Source: Candidatus Latescibacterota bacterium (GTDB taxonomy: Bacteria; Latescibacterota; UBA2968; UBA8231). Taken from it: 64,000 bases of DNA. The notes under the pieces are model-generated. The model was not told the DNA's origin and ran no database searches. It worked only from the letters and a program-made list of their open reading frames with translations. Within the stretch, counting starts at the first letter, position 1. Each line of letters opens with the position of its first letter. This document shows positions 1 to 9,121 of this stretch, in pieces. The stretch is from assembly GCA_965203355.1 (NCBI GenBank), contig OZ241889.1:2944001-3008000 (forward strand). Reading direction: 5' to 3'. A program made the translations under genes and the position numbers.

Positions 1-898
1 CGGCTAGGTTGCGCTGCGTTGACCACTCGACCAAGACTCGGGGATACGCTTGGCCGCGCTCGTACGCTGGGTCGTGATAACCAGGACCGGTGCGCGCCGC
101 ACTCCGCACATCCACATTGCCCAGCGCCGCTCCAAAACCATGCGTTACCTGCGCTCCCCCTACGAGGATAATGCGCCCCATGCGATGCGTATCCGGCGCT
201 TGCTTTAGGCTCTGATAGATGGTTGCCAAGGCATTGCTGGCCTCGCCGCCAAAGGCAATGACGCCAAAATCCATGCCATACCCTTGGGTAAATGCCTCGG
301 CCTGCTCGACCACGGCCTGCCCAGCCGGATCGACGACGCGCTCTATGCCCACCTGCCGGGCCAGGTCTCGACGGCGCGCAAAGTAATCGACTCCCAAGAC
401 ATGGCAGCCGCTTAGCTGAGCGAATTGGGCCGTAAACTGACCGACCAAACCCAACCCGACCACGATCCCGTTTTCCCCGTACAAAGGAGCCGTGCGGCGC
501 ACTGCGTGCAATCCAGTCGCTGCCAGATGCACAGACGCCGCCTCGGCAAAGCTAACGCCCTCGGGTATGGCCGCGCACAAGTTCTGCGGAACGCAGACCC
601 AATCGGCGTGTAGGGCGTACCCACCCCCCATGCAGGCCACGCCCTGCCCCACCTCAAATTGCTCTACACCAGCCCCGATCGCCTCAACGACGCCGGCGTT
701 GGTGTAGCCAAAAGGACGCGGGCCCCTGTCGGGTTGCGGTTTTTCTCGCATGGCCCCTACCCTCCCCAGTTCGGTTCCTGGGCTAATCAACGAGGCCTCC
801 ACCTGCACTTTTACCTCGCCAGGGCCGAGAGCAGGCATAGTTTCCTCTATACATACTCCCTGACCACGGCCATCAATAGCCGCGACTTTCCTCTGCAT
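1..898 (-). CDS. MDR-superfamily (zinc-binding alcohol dehydrogenase-like) oxidoreductase, 3' end runs off the window
   Basis: Not in the ORF track; hand translation from ATG 898 (RBS AGGAGGT at 903-909): MQRKVAAIDG...SLISPGTE...FGYTNAGVVEAIGAGV...GLGLVGQ (Rossmann GxGxxG); open to position 1. Confidence 0.85.
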   Translation of the reverse strand, partial: MQRKVAAIDGRGQGVCIEETMPALGPGEVKVQVEASLISPGTELGRVGAMREKPQPDRGPRPFGYTNAGVVEAIGAGVEQFEVGQGVACMGGGYALHADWVCVPQNLCAAIPEGVSFAEAASVHLAATGLHAVRRTAPLYGENGIVVGLGLVGQFTAQFAQLSGCHVLGVDYFARRRDLARQVGIERVVDPAGQAVVEQAEAFTQGYGMDFGVIAFGGEASNALATIYQSLKQAPDTHRMGRIILVGGAQVTHGFGAALGNVDVRSAARTGPGYHDPAYERGQAYPRVLVEWSTQRNLA

Positions 899-993
899 CA
901 GTACCTCCTGCTCGCGCTGGTTGCGCCCTCGTGGACTGCTGTATTACTTATACAACTCATGTTTAATATGTCTATTGCCCTATTCGAGGCGCT

Positions 994-1761
994 GTGAACG
1001 TCATCATTGCCGCAGTTTTAGGAGGCATCCTCTTGGTTTGGGGCGGGTTTTTGGGCCTGCTCCGCATTGCGGATCCCTTTGAGCGCAAACACGTGCTGAT
1101 CCTCGCGGCGTACACCACCCTCGTCGTCGGCTGCATTATGGGCTTGGTGCTCTTTATCAATCACGAGCAGCAAAAGCAGCACCGCTATCAGCTAGATGCG
1201 CAAATGGAGGACTTCTCCAATCGCCTCTCCGAGCTGAGCACCCGGCTCATTGGCCAGCTAGAAGAAAAAGCCAATCTGACCGCCTCTGAATTCGAGATCC
1301 GCACCCTCTTGCAAAACGAAAAGGATCACCACAAGCGCACCCGCAATCAACTAGCAACCCAAATAGATCACAACAACTCGCTGCAAAACAAAATGGAAGC
1401 CGAGCGCAAGGAGCGGCTGAGCTACCAATCCAGCATGGACCGCAAACTCGAAGAACGCTTCCGGCAGGAGGACTTGCGCTACCAAAACCTCGCCGACACC
1501 CAAAAGCGCTCCTTGGCAAATGTGCAGGCGCAGTTCGCCCCCCTCAACAACGAGTTGTCCCGTCTGCAACAACAAACCGCGACCTTGCAACGCAACCAGC
1601 AGGCGACCCTAGACAAAATAGCCGCCAGCCGCGAAACCCAAACGCTCTCAGTCCAAAAACTCGACGCGCTCGCCCGCAGCCTGAGTGCCCTGTACGACGA
1701 CTTGAACCGAACTATGGCCCAAGTTGATAGCCTATATCACAGAACATCGCCAACGCCTTAA
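994..1761 (+). CDS. Hypothetical membrane protein: two N-terminal TM helices followed by a long coiled coil
   Basis: 255 aa ORF; hydrophobic segments at about aa 1-24 and 35-56, then Q/E/L/R-rich heptad pattern. Confidence 0.8.
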   Translation: MNVIIAAVLGGILLVWGGFLGLLRIADPFERKHVLILAAYTTLVVGCIMGLVLFINHEQQKQHRYQLDAQMEDFSNRLSELSTRLIGQLEEKANLTASEFEIRTLLQNEKDHHKRTRNQLATQIDHNNSLQNKMEAERKERLSYQSSMDRKLEERFRQEDLRYQNLADTQKRSLANVQAQFAPLNNELSRLQQQTATLQRNQQATLDKIAASRETQTLSVQKLDALARSLSALYDDLNRTMAQVDSLYHRTSPTP

Positions 1762-1771
1762 GGAGCTGACA

Positions 1772-2596
1772 ATGAAACGTACCCTCATTCCTTTCATCGC
1801 CCTGTTCCTTGCTGCCTGCACCAATAAGGAGCAAGAAATGATCCTGCTCCAATTGCAAAGCGACATGGTCCGCGCCAACGCCGCCATTGACTCGCTGACC
1901 TACTCGCTCGACGACTCCAACCGCTTGCTCGACGACATGCGGGCGCAAGTAGATAGCACCCAACAGGTCAACGACAAGCTCCTCGAAAACGTGCAAAAGC
2001 TCAACAAAGAGTTGCGGCACTGGAGTAAACTGGCCACCGAATACGAGCAGAATAATGAGCGGTTAAAAATCGAAATCAATCAGTTAAGGCAGGAAAAGCA
2101 AGCGGACCGTTACACCATCTCCCAGCTGCGCACCGAGACCGATCGCCTTAACGCCGAGTTGTTGGAAACCCACAGTAGCATCCGCCGCCAGAGCGATCAC
2201 ATCCGCCGCTTAGAGCAGGACTTGGCCGAAGCCAAGACCGAACTGGTCGAGGCCAAGTCCCAAATCGCCGAGCAAAACGCAGTGTACCTCTATGCTGCCA
2301 ACGAAACCCAACTCGTAGAACAGGGCTACCTCAAAACGCACCGCCCCTTTGGCCGGGGGTTCCGCAAGCAGTACGAATTAATTAAAAATATCCGCCCCGA
2401 CAGCCCAGGGGCCCAAGTCGCGCCTATTGGCCAAACCATCGCGCTACCAAGTGAAGTCGAGGCTCTCGTCGATCGCTACGGCAGGCTCAGGAAGGGGGAT
2501 GACTACGAAATGACGCGCAGCGACGCCGGCATACAGGTCGCTTTCCTCAACGAGTTAGCCGGTGGCACGGGCGTCTTGGCGATACTCAAGGAATAG
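1772..2596 (+). CDS. Coiled-coil lipoprotein with C-terminal globular domain, possibly Cbp1-like
   Basis: RBS AAGGAG before ATG 1772; lipobox LAAC; long coiled coil; C-terminal NAVYLYAANETQLVEQGYL segment. Confidence 0.75.
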   Translation: MKRTLIPFIALFLAACTNKEQEMILLQLQSDMVRANAAIDSLTYSLDDSNRLLDDMRAQVDSTQQVNDKLLENVQKLNKELRHWSKLATEYEQNNERLKIEINQLRQEKQADRYTISQLRTETDRLNAELLETHSSIRRQSDHIRRLEQDLAEAKTELVEAKSQIAEQNAVYLYAANETQLVEQGYLKTHRPFGRGFRKQYELIKNIRPDSPGAQVAPIGQTIALPSEVEALVDRYGRLRKGDDYEMTRSDAGIQVAFLNELAGGTGVLAILKE

Positions 2597-2605
2597 CTTG
2601 GCCCC

Positions 2606-3025
2606 TCACCAAGTGTGGACATAGACCGCTGGGCGCACCTTCTCTCCGGTTTGGTCGGTCGAAAGCAGCGAGTCGGCAAACGATGCGTGTTTGGCCAACT
2701 GCTCGCGGCTGCCGCCTTTGAGAAATAAGTGCAAATTAGCCTCAGGTTCGGCGGCGAGGTCCCGCACCATGCGGCGGAAATCCCACTCGCTCAAGGGGCT
2801 GTCGATGGTGTAGCCATTGCGCGATAGCCCCAGGCCCGCGCTCGTGTAGAGCACGACCCGATCCCCAGGCTGTGGGTCGTGGCGATGCACCCGCCAAACG
2901 GGTTGCGTCGCGTTGAGAATCATAATGCCCAGGCTCAACATCAGCATCATAATGCCCAAGAAGAGTTCCTTGCTAATATCGTGCTCTTCAAACTCGGCGG
3001 CTTGGCGCTTGAGATAGCGGCTCAC
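2606..3025 (-). CDS. ExbD/TolR-like single-TM protein, atypical
   Basis: Short charged N-terminus, one TM helix (ELFLGIMMLMLSLGIMILN), small soluble domain; start overlaps the stop of the upstream MotA/ExbB-like gene. Confidence 0.55.
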   Translation of the reverse strand: MSRYLKRQAAEFEEHDISKELFLGIMMLMLSLGIMILNATQPVWRVHRHDPQPGDRVVLYTSAGLGLSRNGYTIDSPLSEWDFRRMVRDLAAEPEANLHLFLKGGSREQLAKHASFADSLLSTDQTGEKVRPAVYVHTW

Positions 3026-3831
3026 AATTTTTTATTCCTCTCTCTGACCCAAGCGTCCTCCTGCCGGGCCAGCCGCTGGACCAAGTAGTCGGCGATTTTG
3101 CGCAGCGGCAAGTAGGCCAAGAGACCGACGAGCGTGGTCTTAAAAGCCAAAACCAAACCCTCGGCCATGGCGCTGAGTGCCTTAAAGGTCTGCGTGGCTT
3201 CGTCAATCTGACTCAATTCCTGCGCGGTCAGCAGGATACCGCAGACCGTGCCCAAGTAACCGTATAGGGGAATCCGCGCCAGATCCCGGCGCACATGCGT
3301 CAAAGGGTCGCCGAGAAAACCAACCAACTCATCTACTAACTCCTCGTCTCTGCTCTTGAGCTCGCTGTAGTCGGCTGCTTGGCCTTCCAATTCCGCTAGT
3401 TTTTCCATTCTCTTGCGGCCCAAGGTGTTAGCATCGAGCTCTCTTCCGCTCTCCCAAGTCTCCCAAGCCCGTCCCTCGCGCCGAAGGTGCAAATTAATGT
3501 AGGCCAAGCTCAACAGATGGCCACCAGCCGCCCAAGCGATCAGCACGTATGAGAAGCGGCCAATCCACGCAAAGGCACTGTCTAGCTGCGGATTGGTAAA
3601 GAGGTAATAAGCCGCCAGTCCCCCGACGATTGCCCCAGTCAGCAAGCCTATAAAGCTGGCTAGGTACTGTAGGCGGGGTAACTTCAGAGCGTGCGATTCG
3701 TCCTGTCGGCGCATACGTCGGGCTCGGCGCAGGTGCAAATAGCTAACGCTAACGCCGCAGGCCAGCACCAACAGGATGCGGCTGACGAAAACTAATTCGT
3801 CGTTCAAGAGATCTTGAAGAGTTTCCACCAC
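3022..3831 (-). CDS. MotA/TolQ/ExbB proton-channel family protein with extra N-terminal TM helices
   Basis: Family signature PLYGYLGTVCGI...GLVLAFKTTLVGL; start uncertain (GTG 3831/3828, ORF open to 3891). Confidence 0.8.
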   Translation of the reverse strand: MVETLQDLLNDELVFVSRILLVLACGVSVSYLHLRRARRMRRQDESHALKLPRLQYLASFIGLLTGAIVGGLAAYYLFTNPQLDSAFAWIGRFSYVLIAWAAGGHLLSLAYINLHLRREGRAWETWESGRELDANTLGRKRMEKLAELEGQAADYSELKSRDEELVDELVGFLGDPLTHVRRDLARIPLYGYLGTVCGILLTAQELSQIDEATQTFKALSAMAEGLVLAFKTTLVGLLAYLPLRKIADYLVQRLARQEDAWVRERNKKL

Positions 3832-5000
3832 TGCCAACTTATCACCCCCAGATAGAACAGCAGGCCCGTTGCAATTCCCCACAGCGCCCACGGCGTGCTG
3901 CGGATACTGTAGATGCCCTGAGCCGACGATTGCTGTCCACCCATTCCCGCTTCCCTAGCCCGTCCATCCCCTTTGGTTGAACCACGGGCAGCCGGGGGTT
4001 TATAATCTCGGCGACGATCTGCTTCCCCACGCGCTGTGCCGACCATGGTACGCTGCGACGCGACATGGCTCGTACCTTTAAGCGTTTGTTTTGGTGGTAA
4101 GATCAAGGCGCGTTCCTCGGCGGGCAGGGCCTCGGCCCAAGCGAGCAATTTTTTTGCCGCACCTATGCTTTCGACTTCGGCCAATTTGCTCGCTTTCCCG
4201 AGGGAAAAAGCCAGCCGCCCGCGGACAAATCCCTCGTAGAGCACGTCCTGGGTGGGGCGGCGGCGCACGCGGAGTTTTTGCGCCAATTCATCGCGTTGCT
4301 TTTGCAGATGCACCAGACGGCTGACGACCCTATGAGTCTCCATGGGCTGGTGCGACACATTGCTGACCACACCTCCGAGCGGCCGACGACGGGCCGCGCG
4401 GGCTAATTGTGCGGCGTCGAACTGGGTCTCTAATTCGACCTCGCCAAACAGTGCCGTCCCCCAGATGACTTCGGCTCCGGGAATGTCGGGTAAGCTGTGG
4501 TTGTAAAAACGCGGCTCGGCCCGCTGGCCAGCGACCCACCACTGGCCAGTGCCGGTAGCCAGCACCTGGCGCAAGCGGCCGCGGCCATCTTGCAAATACA
4601 AACCAGCCATAAAGCCGCTTTCGACTCGGTCTGTGTCCCAGCAATGGGCGCGCAAGACATTGGACTCGCGCAGGTACACGACGGGAATTTCGACTCGGAT
4701 CGGAGTCAAACGCGTCTCCCCGATCCGCTGTCCATTGAGGAACAGCTCGGCTTCGTCGTCGGCCCAAAATATTAGTACCAGTCTGGAATTGGCTGGCAAT
4801 AGCCGACTGCCTTCCTTTCGCTTTGCCAGCTCGCGCAGATGGTCCCCGCCATAGAGACGGACCAAGGTGTCGATGCTGGCGGACACTTGGTTGTATTGTT
4901 GTCTCAGTGCCACCACATCGTCAGCCATAGCCGTAGCAGGCCAGCCGACTCCGTATGCCGCCCAAGCCAACCCACACATCCATTGCCCATAGCCGTTCAT
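3804..5000 (-). CDS. Exported, C-terminally membrane-anchored protein with a jelly-roll/galactose-binding-like domain
   Basis: ATG 5000 overlaps the SDR stop (ATGA); signal peptide ending AMA|DD; WADDEAELFLNG...NVLRAHCWD...GFMAGL resembles sugar-binding accessory domains of glycosidases; C-terminal TM (WALWGIATGLLFYLGVISW) followed by basic residues. Confidence 0.65.
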   Translation of the reverse strand: MNGYGQWMCGLAWAAYGVGWPATAMADDVVALRQQYNQVSASIDTLVRLYGGDHLRELAKRKEGSRLLPANSRLVLIFWADDEAELFLNGQRIGETRLTPIRVEIPVVYLRESNVLRAHCWDTDRVESGFMAGLYLQDGRGRLRQVLATGTGQWWVAGQRAEPRFYNHSLPDIPGAEVIWGTALFGEVELETQFDAAQLARAARRRPLGGVVSNVSHQPMETHRVVSRLVHLQKQRDELAQKLRVRRRPTQDVLYEGFVRGRLAFSLGKASKLAEVESIGAAKKLLAWAEALPAEERALILPPKQTLKGTSHVASQRTMVGTARGEADRRRDYKPPAARGSTKGDGRAREAGMGGQQSSAQGIYSIRSTPWALWGIATGLLFYLGVISWQWWKLFKIS

Positions 5001-5767
5001 ATATTGGACTTGGATTGCCCCCCATCGACATTGATGCAGGCACCGGTCACCCATTTCGCCCGGTCGGATGCCAAAAAGGCCACTACATCGGCCACTTCCT
5101 CCGGGGTGCCAAAGCGACCAAAAGGTATATTGGCGTCGATAAAGGCCTGGATTTGAGCTGGATTTTCCTTCATCCGCCGCTCCCAACTTCCCCCAGGAAA
5201 GAGAATGGAGCCTGGAGCCACAGTATTGACGCGGATGTTCTTTTTTGCCGCTTCAATCGCCAAGTTGGCCCCTAGGCTAATAAGCGCTGCTTTGGCGGCG
5301 TTATAGGAGATAGGCCCGCCGGTTTCGCGGCCAAAAATCGAAGAAATGTGGACGATGCTGCCGCCCCCACGTGCTGCCATTAAGGGAATCGCCGCCCGGC
5401 TCACCCGCACGGCGGAAAGAAAGCTCAAATTGATGATGTCGTTCCACTCGGCATCGTCGATCTCGACAAAGGGGGTCCACTTAGAGCCACCGACATTATT
5501 TACGAGAATGTCTAGCCCGCCAAAGCGACCTCTCGCCGCCTCCACCACAGTGATCGCGCCTTCCGGCGTCGTCATATCTTGCGCGGTCGCCTCTACCTCT
5601 GCGCCTGCATTTGCTAAGTCAGCCGCCGCGTCCGCCAGCGCGTCCGCATCGCGCGCGCAGATGCAAAGCCGGGCACCTTCGGCGGCCAAGGCGGCGGCGA
5701 TGCGCTTGCCAATGCCGCGGCTAGCCCCGGTCACCAAGGCGACTTTGTCTTTGAGTCCTAGATCCAA
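4997..5767 (-). CDS. Short-chain dehydrogenase/reductase (SDR)
   Basis: TGASRGIG, VNNVG, YNAAK, C-terminal VDGG; TTG start at 5767 after AAGGAG. Confidence 0.93.
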   Translation of the reverse strand: MDLGLKDKVALVTGASRGIGKRIAAALAAEGARLCICARDADALADAAADLANAGAEVEATAQDMTTPEGAITVVEAARGRFGGLDILVNNVGGSKWTPFVEIDDAEWNDIINLSFLSAVRVSRAAIPLMAARGGGSIVHISSIFGRETGGPISYNAAKAALISLGANLAIEAAKKNIRVNTVAPGSILFPGGSWERRMKENPAQIQAFIDANIPFGRFGTPEEVADVVAFLASDRAKWVTGACINVDGGQSKSNI

Positions 5768-5768
5768 G

Positions 5769-6755
5769 CTACACTCCTTTTTCAATGCCCGGGGCCAATG
5801 CACCGGGGTTGGTTGCAAAAAGCGCGATCAAATAAGCAATGCACAACACCAACAACACCAAACCCTTCCAGCGGTTTAACGAGTAGCCGAGGCGCATCAA
5901 CCCGAGCATCGTCAGCACGATCGCCAGCATCCACGGGAACATGAAATTGACCACGCTGGCTGGGACCACCAGTGGATTGACCAAAGCCGAAGCACCGGCG
6001 ATCCAGCAGATGTTGAGGATGTCCGCTCCGAGAATGTTGCCCACCGCCAAAGCCCCTTGGCCCTTGCGGGCGGCGACAATGCAGGTGGCGATTTCGGGTA
6101 TCGAAGTGCCCAAGGCCACGACCACCAAGCCGATGACGACATCCGGCAGCCCCAAGGCCCTCGCCACGACCGGCGTGGCTTCGACGATAAAATGGCTACT
6201 GACGACCACGCCAGCTAAGCCACAGGCGAATAGCAACACTACCTTCGAGAGGCTGCGCAGCGGAGCATCCGCCTCCTCGATCTCAGCGCGAGGTCGCCGC
6301 TTCTGTTCCCAGAACGAGTATATTAGGTATAGGACAAAAAGCCCCACCAAGGTACCGCCTTCCACCCGAGCCAGCGTCCCGTCGGAGGCCATGTACCAAG
6401 CCACTAGATCTACGGTAATGAGAAAGACCGCGGCCGAGCGCAGCACAATGCGGTCGATGGCAATGGCCGCAGGAGCAAAAAATGCGGCCATGGGCAGAGC
6501 CACGCCATCGTCGTAAATGACCGACCCTACGGCATTGCCCAGTGCCACTTCGGGTGAGTCCTTGAGGGCGGCGGTCACGGAAACGGCCAATTCGGGCGAG
6601 GTCGTGCCAATGCCGACGATGACGATGCCGATCAATATCGGCGGGGCGTGGAGATAACGCGCAATATCAATGGCTCCCTCGACCAGATAGTCGGCGCATT
6701 TGGCCAACAGCGCGAAGGACAGGACCATCAGGCCCGCAGCTTCCCATACCCCCAT
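5769..6755 (-). CDS. Calcium/sodium antiporter (CaCA, YrbG-like)
   Basis: Two alpha repeats GTTSPE...GNAVGS and GTSIPE...GNILG; about 10 TM helices. Confidence 0.92.
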   Translation of the reverse strand: MGVWEAAGLMVLSFALLAKCADYLVEGAIDIARYLHAPPILIGIVIVGIGTTSPELAVSVTAALKDSPEVALGNAVGSVIYDDGVALPMAAFFAPAAIAIDRIVLRSAAVFLITVDLVAWYMASDGTLARVEGGTLVGLFVLYLIYSFWEQKRRPRAEIEEADAPLRSLSKVVLLFACGLAGVVVSSHFIVEATPVVARALGLPDVVIGLVVVALGTSIPEIATCIVAARKGQGALAVGNILGADILNICWIAGASALVNPLVVPASVVNFMFPWMLAIVLTMLGLMRLGYSLNRWKGLVLLVLCIAYLIALFATNPGALAPGIEKGV

Positions 6756-6757
6756 GA

Positions 6758-7633
6758 TTAGCCCGGCGCGTCTAAGTAGGAAGACAAGAGGCGCTCGGCG
6801 TTTTGGTAGGCGATCTTGTCAAAGGCTTCCGCAGGTAGCTCGAGGGTGCGCAGAAAATCCATTAGCCGAGTGTCAAAATAGTCCCGACCAAAGAGCAATT
6901 TGTCCTGAAATTCGAGGAGAAAATCGCGCCCGAAGTCCTGGTCCCTTTGCAGCGCACGCAAACCCGACCCGGCCGACAGATCGGCATAGAGGTTGCGGTA
7001 CTGGCGCATCATCGGAGCCAAGTGCCCATTGGGCAACACCGGCCCGCACGGATAGCTCTCCTTGGCGTAGCGATCGTCCCCGGAAATATGGGCCCAAAAC
7101 CCAGGGGCATGACCGATAAAGACCGTCTGCGGGCAAGCTACAATCGCCCGTTCAAGTGCGTCAAGGCTGCCGCCGTACCACCAGTTGGGGCGCGGATAAT
7201 CGCCGCGGCCGTGGTCAATTGGATAGTCGAGATGGATCGTAATGGGCAAGCGCATGGCACCGCAAGCCTCGTACAGGCGCAGCGCGTCTGGATCGTCAAA
7301 CGGCAGGCGCACCTTCAGCTCGGAGGCGACTTGCACGCCATGGATCTCGACTGCGGCCCGGAGCCGATCTATCGCGTCGGGCCGCTTGGGATGCGGCATA
7401 TAGCCGAGGACAAAGCGCTCGGGTGCTTCCCGGCCAACGGCCAGCACATCTTCGAAGGGAATCCCCCAGCCCGTAGGAGGCAACACCGAGTGATACGAAG
7501 GCGAGTATTCATCTGCCGGGACTTCCCACGAGAAAAGCCACATCTGGTCAATGCCTTGCTCGTCCATGTTCCGCAGGATTTTGGCCGCGTTAAACCCGTG
7601 CCAATTGGGGTGATTATGTGCGTCAATAAGCAT
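6758..7633 (-). CDS. Amidohydrolase family 2 protein
   Basis: N-terminal IDAHNH, IGHAPG, DLSAGSG, LLFGRD. Confidence 0.88.
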   Translation of the reverse strand: MLIDAHNHPNWHGFNAAKILRNMDEQGIDQMWLFSWEVPADEYSPSYHSVLPPTGWGIPFEDVLAVGREAPERFVLGYMPHPKRPDAIDRLRAAVEIHGVQVASELKVRLPFDDPDALRLYEACGAMRLPITIHLDYPIDHGRGDYPRPNWWYGGSLDALERAIVACPQTVFIGHAPGFWAHISGDDRYAKESYPCGPVLPNGHLAPMMRQYRNLYADLSAGSGLRALQRDQDFGRDFLLEFQDKLLFGRDYFDTRLMDFLRTLELPAEAFDKIAYQNAERLLSSYLDAPG

Positions 7634-7689
7634 TCGTTAATGATATTCTTGCGGGCGAAAACTGTCAAGATAAAGCGCAGTTTATCTAG

Positions 7690-7727
7690 GGTGAATAGTA
7701 ATAATTATTATTGATTTATAATTTTTA
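7690..7727 (+). promoter_or_regulatory. Candidate tandem ARG boxes upstream of argG
   Basis: Very AT-rich island; TGAATAGTAATAAT (7692) and TGATTTATAATTTT (7712) lie 20 bp apart and partly match TGAAT-W4-ATTCA. Confidence 0.4.
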
Positions 7728-7763
7728 TTTATTATATTATGATCTATTCAAAAAGGAGCAACC

Positions 7764-9023
7764 ATGAATATCGCCGATCTAAAAGGGCAGAAGGTCATGC
7801 TGGCCGCATCCGGTGGCCTCGATAGCTGTACCATCACTCATTGGCTGCAAGCCCAAGGCCTAGCGGTCGTCACCTATACCGCCGATCTAGGCCAACCCGA
7901 CGAGGAGCGCATTGAAGACATACAAAGCCGGATGCAGGCTTGTGGAGCCGCTGCGATGCTCCTCGACGACCGCAGAGAGGCTATCTGCCAAGCTGGTATC
8001 CAACTCGTCCAAGCTCAAGCCCGCTACGAGGGGGGCTATTGGAACACCACCGGCATCGCCCGGCACGTGACGGTGGCTGGCATGTTGTCCCACATGCAGG
8101 AGCGCGGCATCCAAATCATGGCGCACGGAGCCACCGGGCGGGGCAACGATCAAGTCCGCTTCCAACTGGCCGCGCAAATGCTCGCCCCGCAGATCGGAGT
8201 ATACGCCCCCTGGCGCGACCCGGCTTTCTTGCAAAACTTTGGCGGGCGCAGCGAAATGATCGCTTACTGTCAGGGACACGGCCTGCCCATAACCGCCACC
8301 CCAGACAAGCCCTACTCCACGGACGCCAACATGCTCGGACTGACGCACGAGGCCGGCCAGCTCGAAGCCTTAGATACCGCGACCAGCCTAATCGCGCCCG
8401 GCATGGGCTGTTTTCCGCCGCAGGCTCCAGACGCAGCAGAGGTTTTTACCGTGCGCTTTGAACGAGGCGTCCCAATCGCCATCAACGGCCACGCCGTCGG
8501 CCCGGTCGAGGCCATTGAGCAGAGCAACGCCATCGCTGGGCGGCACGGGGTCGGCATTGGCTTACACGCCGTGGAAAACCGCTTTGTCGGCGTCAAGTCG
8601 CGCGGCGTCTATGAAGCACCGGCCTTAGAGCTACTTGGCCAGTGCTACGACTACTTGCTCCAACTCATTCTCGATCGCCGCGCCCGGCGGATCTTTACCG
8701 TTGTATCCGGGTTTATTGCCGAGCAAATCTACCAAGGTTATTGGTTTGACACGGCGACTCAAGCGAGTTGGAAGCTCATCGAGCATTTTAATCAGTTGGC
8801 GACTGGGACCATCGCGGTCTCGCTCTACAAGGGTCAAGTCGCCTTTTGTGCAGCCAGCGACGCCCCCCACTCGCTCTACAGCGAGGACACCGCTTCCATG
8901 GAGGCCATCGGCGATTTCGACCACCGCGACTCCGAGGGCTTTCTCGGCGTCTTGGGCGTCAGCGCCCGCGCACTTCATCAGGCTGGGCAGACGGCGCAAC
9001 CCAGTGGCGATACAGCGGCTTGA
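7764..9023 (+). CDS. argG: Argininosuccinate synthase
   Basis: ASGGLDS, HGATGRGNDQVRF, YSTDAN, ENRFVGVKSRGVYEAP; RBS AAGGAG. Confidence 0.96.
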   Translation: MNIADLKGQKVMLAASGGLDSCTITHWLQAQGLAVVTYTADLGQPDEERIEDIQSRMQACGAAAMLLDDRREAICQAGIQLVQAQARYEGGYWNTTGIARHVTVAGMLSHMQERGIQIMAHGATGRGNDQVRFQLAAQMLAPQIGVYAPWRDPAFLQNFGGRSEMIAYCQGHGLPITATPDKPYSTDANMLGLTHEAGQLEALDTATSLIAPGMGCFPPQAPDAAEVFTVRFERGVPIAINGHAVGPVEAIEQSNAIAGRHGVGIGLHAVENRFVGVKSRGVYEAPALELLGQCYDYLLQLILDRRARRIFTVVSGFIAEQIYQGYWFDTATQASWKLIEHFNQLATGTIAVSLYKGQVAFCAASDAPHSLYSEDTASMEAIGDFDHRDSEGFLGVLGVSARALHQAGQTAQPSGDTAA

Positions 9024-9054
9024 CCACTATACCAAAACGCGGCCGGCCGCTCCT

Positions 9055-9120
9055 TCAATCTGGCACTTGCTCAATAATGCAAAAGCCATCGCGCTCAATG
9101 CGCTGTTTGTACGTAGCCAC
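9055..9120 (-). pseudogene. 5' remnant of a phytanoyl-CoA dioxygenase (PhyH)-family gene
   Basis: GTG directly after the DHDPS stop reads MATYKQRIERDGFCIIEQVPD*, resembling the xxRDG(F/Y)xxxxxV N-terminus of PhyH proteins. Confidence 0.5.
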
Positions 9121-9121
9121 T

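Noticed and set aside
2606-3831. Zorya ZorAB or flagellar MotAB
   Set aside because: No long cytoplasmic tail on the A subunit, no OmpA-like domain on the B subunit, no zorC/D/E or flagellar genes
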